A DNA stretch of 64,000 nucleotides, taken from Pelagomonas calceolata. Taxonomy: Eukaryota. Positions 57,801 through 64,000 of this stretch are shown here, piece by piece. The first letter of the stretch is position 1, and each line of letters begins with the position of its first letter. The stretch covers positions 124,001 through 188,000 of the forward strand of contig CAKKNE010000006.1 in the NCBI GenBank assembly GCA_918797485.1. The letters are read 5' to 3'. A program made the position numbers and the translations under genes. The notes below the pieces were generated by a model. The model saw only the letters and a list, made by a program, of their open reading frames with translations. It ran no database searches and was not told the DNA's origin.

Positions 57801-60800
57801 CGGTTCCCATCAAAAGCACTTGGAACCATTAGGTGCGGCCGACGAGGTCCAGTGGGTCTTGTTTGCCGAAGCGTGGAATGATGTCATATCTGCCATGAGG
57901 AATAGTGATGTGATCAACGACTACGAGCGGGAGGTGCTAGCTTTCGATCGGTTCCCTGGTTTTTCGAAGCCGGTCTACTTGCCTATCTTCGTGACGGCCG
58001 GTGCCTTGGAACGAGCCTCAGCCGCGGCGAATGATGCGGCGGCGGCGTATCGACCTTTACAAAGATTAGCCGAGGACTACAAGGGCATCGACGAGACGCG
58101 GTCGAAAACTCATTTACAAGCTGCTAGAAGTGTGGACGACGACCTCGCGAACGCGTTGAGAGCGGATGTTGTTGCTACGGAGGCAGTGGACGAAGTGAAG
58201 GAACTGGCGACGGTGTTGCTCCTGAAGTTGTTGGGTCCGATCCACAAGGACGACGTCGTCGCCATCATAAGCATAGTGGAGAAGTGGGCCCGGGGCCCGG
58301 AGGCGTTACTGCAGAATGTTTACCTCGAGGATCTCACGTCTAAAGTCCTGAAGCCTCTGGCGGACCTCGCGGGGTTGCTGGCGTCGAAATTGCATAAGCG
58401 CTCAGTTTCTGACGCGTCACCACTGGACGCCTACGCCAATCTTGAGAGTGGACAACCTAGTGAGGACGCCTCCGACGCTGATGGTGAAAGTCTGTCGTCG
58501 ATGCCTCGCTCGCAGTCCACTTCCGGCCTAGCTGCTCTCGGTACGTCGACGCCATCCATGAAAACACAACGGAACAAGTACTCTCTGTCGTCATCAAAGT
58601 ACGTCGCGTCTTCTCAGAAAGAAGTCCGGGATCCCCTGCGCGATGCGTTGAGGGATAAACTGCGATCTGCCTTGACGGGCGCCATGGCCTGCGTCGTCAA
58701 GTCCAACGTGAAGGGCAGCTACGCGAAGGAGGTCAAGGATCGGCTGACTTTCGTCTTAGCAAACGAGCGGGGCTTCTTCTGGGACGGCCGTTACGCGTCG
58801 GCGTGTGCCGACTCCTTAGCCTTAGATGCGAAACTACTTAAGCGGTTAGCCGTGAAATTGAAAGGGTTGTTAACTACTCCCCAAAGAAAGACGGAACCTC
58901 GAGGGCAAGAAGCGACGCGAAGGCTGACCTTCTTCGTGAACTCTTTACTGATGGACCTGCCGCCGCCCCCACCGTTGGATGCCGCCGTTTCTCTCACGAC
59001 TTTGACGCCGTTCTACTCCGAAGACGTCATCCTGTCGGAGGCTGACCTGAGGAAGAAGAACAGCGATGGAGTTACGACTCTCTTATACTTACAAACTTTA
59101 TATAAAGCTGATTGGCGCGCCTTCTTGGAAAGGAGAGGGATTGACGACCACGCCGCGAGAGATGCTGTATTTAGCGCAAAGCATGCGACAGAGACGCGCC
59201 TGTGGGCCTCGTTCCGCGCGCAGACGTTGGCACGGACGGTCGAGGGCATCATGCAGAACGAAGCCGCTCTACGGTTGTTAGCTCGTTTAGAGAGAGTCAA
59301 TGATGCTAGAAGAAGTAGAAGAAGGGCAGGGGCCCCGAAGACGTCGCGATTATATGCCGCGGCCTGCGATGAAAGCCCGACGCACCCCCAAATTTCGTTA
59401 GATGACCTCCTCAAGCTCAAGTTCGGGTACGTCGTCACGTGCCAGATCTATGGCAGGCAGTCGGCCCAGCAGGACCCGAAGGCAAAGGACATCGAGATGT
59501 TGCTGAAGCGGTTTCCGTTACTTAGAGTTGCGTACATCGACGAGCAGCGCGTGAATCGTTCAGGCGCCTCGGCGTTCTACTCTTGTCTGGTCAAGCATGA
59601 TGCGACAACAGACGGTCCCGCCGAAGTCTACCGCGTGCGACTCCCGGGCAACGCGATCGTCGGTGAGGGCAAGCCTGAAAATCAAAATCATGCCGTCGTG
59701 TTTACCAGAGGGGAAACTTTACAGACGATCGACATGAACCAGGACGGCTTCTTCGAGGAGGCCTTGAAGACTCGTAATTTAGTGCAGGAGTTCCGGGGGC
59801 CGCGGGCACCGGGCGCGCCGCCTGTGGTCATCGTCGGCTTCCGGGAGCACATCTTTACTGGTTCAGTATCATCTTTGGCGAACTACATGGCTTTACAAGA
59901 ATTATCATTCGTGACGCTAGGCCAGCGGGTCTTGGCGGACCCGTTACACATGCGGCTGCACTACGGGCATCCGGACATTTTTGACAAACTGTGGTTCACG
60001 ACGCGAGGTGGTGTCAGTAAAGCGTCGCGAGGCATCAACCTGTCCGAGGACATCTTCGCGGGCTACACGGCGGTGATACGAGGAGGCGGCGTGACGATGC
60101 GGGAGTACGCCCAAGTAGGCAAGGGCCGCGACGTCGGGATGCAACAGATCTACAAATTCGAGGCGAAGCTATCTCAGGGCAACGCCGAGCAGTGCCTCGC
60201 GCGGGATGTATCTAGGGTGGCCGCTCGGTTGGACTTTCCGCGGCTGCTGTCGTATTACTTCGGGGGGATTGGCCATTACATCAACTCGGCGCTGACCGTG
60301 GCTACCATACAAGTTGCTACTTATCTATCTTTACTATTAGCTGTGTATGGCGCCGAAAGTATCGGCCATCGATTAGTAGTGCCGTTGGGGACTTTACAAG
60401 TGGTGTTGGCTGGCTTGGGGTTGCTGAACACGTTACCTTTGTTAGCTACCTTAGCGGTCGAGCGAGGTTTGTTGGCGGCAACGAGGGACGTGGCCCAGGT
60501 CTTCGCGTCGGGCGGCCCGTTGTATTTTGTGTTTCACATCCAGACGCGGGCCCACTACTTCATGCAGACTCTATTAGCTGGAGGTGCCACGTACCGCGCG
60601 ACGGGCCGAGGCTTCGTCACAACACATAACAGTTTCGACGAGCAGTACCGCTTCTTCGCGGCCTCGCACTTGTATCTTGGCGTGGAACTAGCGGCGGCGT
60701 TAGGGCTGATGGGCGCCCACACGCAGGCCGGCCAGTACCTGGGCCGGACCTGGTCTTTATGGCTCGCCTGCGGGGCCTTTTTGTTAGCACCCTTCTGGTT

Positions 60801-61839
60801 CAATCCCTTAGGGTTCTCGTGGCCCCACGTCGCCGACGACTTTGTCGCGTGGCGGCGCTGGATATCCTACGGGACACGGGGCGGTTCGGCAACGGACTCG
60901 TGGGACGTCTGGCACAAGGAGGAGACGGCGCCGTTACGTCGATTATCTAATAGGTCGAAGTGCGTCGTGTCGCTGAAGGCGGTGCTCTACGTGGTCCTTG
61001 CGAAAGGACTGTTTGACTTCTCGGGCAAGGCGGCGACGCGGCGGTTGATCGCCTTCTCCTACGCGTTGTTGGTTCTGGCGTCGCTGCAGGTCTGCGCCTA
61101 CGTCGTGGACCGCGTGGCGCATCGCCTCCATTATGCGTGCCACCGCCTCGTGCAGATGGTCTTGGGCATCTGTTCGGTGGGTGTCGCTCTGTATGAGGTC
61201 TGCGCCCACCCGGCCTCGCTCAAATTCGCCATCTCGATGTACTACCTCGCGGCGGCCGTTTGTGTGCTGGGAACGCTCTGGGGCGGCGAGGGCCCCGCCG
61301 TCTACGGTGGTAGAAGACATTCGTCTTTTGCCGCGATCGTACCATCACTCACGCGACACTTGGCGCGGCTCCACGATTTGGTCGTGGGCTACGTGTATTT
61401 CGCGGTCTTCGCGCCGCTCTCCGCCATCAGAGTCGTGGACGTCGTGCAGACGTGGCTCCTGTTCCACAACGCGCTGTCGGAGGGCGTGGTCGTCGACGAC
61501 ATTTTGAAGCAAGCTAGGCAGTCCCAGGAGACGTCGTCGTCGAACGGCCAGAGCGAGGAGATCGCCCAGCTCCGACGCCAGGTCGAGCTCCAGCAGCGGG
61601 CGCTGGGCGCGCTGCTCGAGGGCCGGGGCGACGCGTCGGCCTACTACCAGGCCGCGGTGTCGCCGCCGCCACCGCGGTCCGACTCGGACAGCGCCGTCGA
61701 CGGCGGCCGGCGGCCGAGCGCGCCGGCGTCGCTCTCGCCGCCGGCGGACGCGGCGGCCTTCTCGTTCAGCTCGCCGGCCGAGATGCCGCCGCGGGACGCG
61801 ATGTCGGACCCGGCGCCGGCGAGCGGCGGGCTGGCCTGA
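54801..61839 (+). CDS. 1,3-beta-glucan (callose) synthase, GT48, with extra N-terminal multi-TM region; intron 55701-55890
   Basis: FGLQDDNVRSQ|AEHALML across splice, WGECANLRHLPEC, NYDDFNEFFW, GEGKPENQNH, TIDMNQD, HYGHPD, SEDIFAG. Confidence 0.95.
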
Positions 61840-62175
61840 GGCGTCCTCCCCCCCCATCTCTTGAACGCGCGCGGGGGCATAACATAAACTGAATCGAGGC
61901 TTCGCTAGTTCCTTGGAGCTTTCTTGAGTAAGCCCGCACGCGGGTGGCACAGCGCCGCGCGCGGGGGTGTGCTTATGCACAGCGCCCTTCGCTGCGCTTG
62001 CGCGATGCGGTCGGCAGCCCTGCAGCTCGCCACGAGTGGATCCTCGATCACAGGGAGCCGCCTGTTAGAGCATAACAGCCGCACCCAACACGGGTAGACT
62101 TTATGCCTTGCATAGATGGATGTTGTGAGCACAGTAACGAGGTGCTCTGCGCAGACTTGGAGCCGCAGCCCTTCC

Positions 62176-63955
62176 ATCACGGCCGAACGAGCGCCGCCCA
62201 GAGTACAGCGAAATCGCTGTGCTTTTCACAGCCACATCGCTGTGTCCGGCACAGTGACGCGGCCGTGGTCGGCGCAGAGACGAGAGCACTCTTGAGCCGC
62301 ATCTGGAGCCACGCAGCCCTATCACGGCATCACGGCGAACGAGCGCCGCCCAGAGTACAGCGAAATCGCTGTGCTTTTCACAGCCACATCGCTGTGTCCG
62401 GCACAGTGACGCGGCCGTGGTCGGCGCAGAGACGAGAGCACTCTTGAGCCGCATCTGGAGCCACGCAGCCCTATCACGGCATCACGGCGAACGAGCGCCG
62501 CCCAGAGTACAGCGAAATCGCTGTGCTTTTCACAGCCACATCGCTGTGTCCGGCACAGTGACGCGGCCGTGGTCGGCGCAGAGACGGCGAGCGCTTGAGC
62601 CGCATCTGGAGCCACGCAGCCCTATCACGGCATCACGGCGAACGAGCGCCGCCCAGAGTACAGCGAAATCGCTGTGCTTTTCACAGCCACATCGCTGTGT
62701 CCGGCACAGTGACGCGGCCGTGGTCGGCGCAGAGACGAGCGCACTCTTGAGCCGCATCTGGAGCCACGCAGCCCTATCACGGCATCACGGCGAACGAGCG
62801 CCGCCCAGAGTACAGCGAAATCGCTGTGCTTTTCACAGCCACATCGCTGTGTCCGGCACAGTGACGCGGCCGTGGTCGGCGCAGAGACGAGAGCACTCTT
62901 GAGCCGCATCTGGAGCCACGCAGCCCTATCACGGCATCACGGCGAACGAGCGCCGCCCAGAGTACAGCGAAATCGCTGTGCTTTTCACAGCCACATCGCT
63001 GTGTCCGGCACAGTGACGCGGCCGTGGTCGGCGCAGAGGCGAGCACCCTTGAGCCGCATCTGGAGCCACGCAGCCCTATCACGGCATCACGGCGAACGAG
63101 CGCCGCCCAGAGTACAGCGAAATCGCTGTGCTTTTCACAGCCACATCGCTGTGTCCGGCACAGTGACGCGGCCGTGGTCGGCGCAGAGGCGACGGCGTCA
63201 CCTTGAGCCGCATCTGGAGCCACGCCCTATCACGGCATCACGGCGAACGAGCGCCGCCCAGAGTACAGCGAAATCGCTGTGCTTTTCACAGCCACATCGC
63301 TGTGTCCGGCACAGTGACGCGGCCGTGGTCGGCGCAGAGGCGAGCGCCTTGAGCCGCATCTGGAGCCACGCAGCCCTATCACGGCATCACGGCGAACGAG
63401 CGCCGCCCAGAGTACAGCGAAATCGCTGTGCTTTTCACAGCCACATCGCTGTGTCCGGCACAGTGACGCGGCCGTGGTCGGCGCAGAGACGAGAGCACTC
63501 TTGAGCCGCATCTGGAGCCACGCAGCCCTATCACGGCATCACGGCGAACGAGCGCCGCCCAGAGTACAGCGAAATCGCTGTGCTTTTCACAGCCCATCGC
63601 TGTGTCCGGCACAGTGACGCGGCCGTGGTCGGGCGCAGAGGCGAGCACCTTGAGCCGCATCTGGAGCCACGCGCCCTATCACGGCATCACGGCGAACGAG
63701 CGCCGCCCAGAGTACAGCGAAATCGCTGTGCTTTTCACAGCCACATCGCTGTGTCCGGCACAGTGACGCGGCCGTGGTCGGCGCAGAGACGAGAGCACTC
63801 TTGAGCCGCATCTGGAGCCACGCAGCCCTATCACGGCATCACGGCGAACGAGCGCCGCCCAGAGTACAGCGAAATCGCTGTGCTTTTCACAGCCACATCG
63901 CTGTGTCCGGCACAGTGACGCGGCCGTGGTCGGCGCAGAGACGAGAGCACTCTTG
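62176..63955. repeat. Satellite array, ~152-bp unit, ~11.7 copies
   Basis: gaacgagcgccgcccagagtacagcgaaatcgctgtg recurs every 150-152 bp, 12 times. Confidence 0.97.
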
Positions 63956-64000
63956 CACCCGCAGCAGCTCCAGTACCAAGTTGAGTAATTCTCATAGTGG

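Noticed and set aside
62101..63811. ORFs inside the satellite
   Set aside because: Unit length not a multiple of 3; stops recur; no coding signature
62176..63955. CRISPR-like array (constant repeat with variable segment)
   Set aside because: Constant part is ~135 bp, variable parts are related to each other rather than unique spacers, no cas genes, eukaryotic context

Overview
Gene-dense, GC-rich eukaryotic nuclear DNA, most likely from a pelagophyte alga (Pelagomonas/Aureococcus-like). The evidence is a plastid ALB3 with a bipartite signal, an organelle-targeted GyrA, a 1,3-beta-glucan synthase, flagellar EFHB and introns made of short DNA-transposon introner elements. About 27 protein-coding loci are present, mostly housekeeping: TPI, WDHD1/Ctf4, HECT E3, PPP phosphatase, Hsp10, OYE, GyrA, CSN5, GT34, ALB3, RPT3 and GT48. 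The strongest leads are: (1) an intronless four-domain protein NADAR + CHAT/caspase-like + nicotinamide-riboside kinase + NMN adenylyltransferase (36391-39039), a candidate self-contained NAD+ salvage/ADP-ribose-reversal module coupled to a protease; (2) a ~22-bp CTAG...CTAG motif present in about 14 intergenic copies, usually ~140-200 bp upstream of a start codon in fixed orientation; (3) an introner family (TIR CTGTGTGGAAATC, 8-bp TSD) spliced in both orientations, whose removal also reveals a hidden ~950-aa gene with a UDG-like motif; (4) an EndoV homologue lacking its catalytic residues, a ~175-bp dispersed element just 3' of two genes, and a 152-bp satellite array at the right end. All family assignments come from motif recognition by eye, not database searches.
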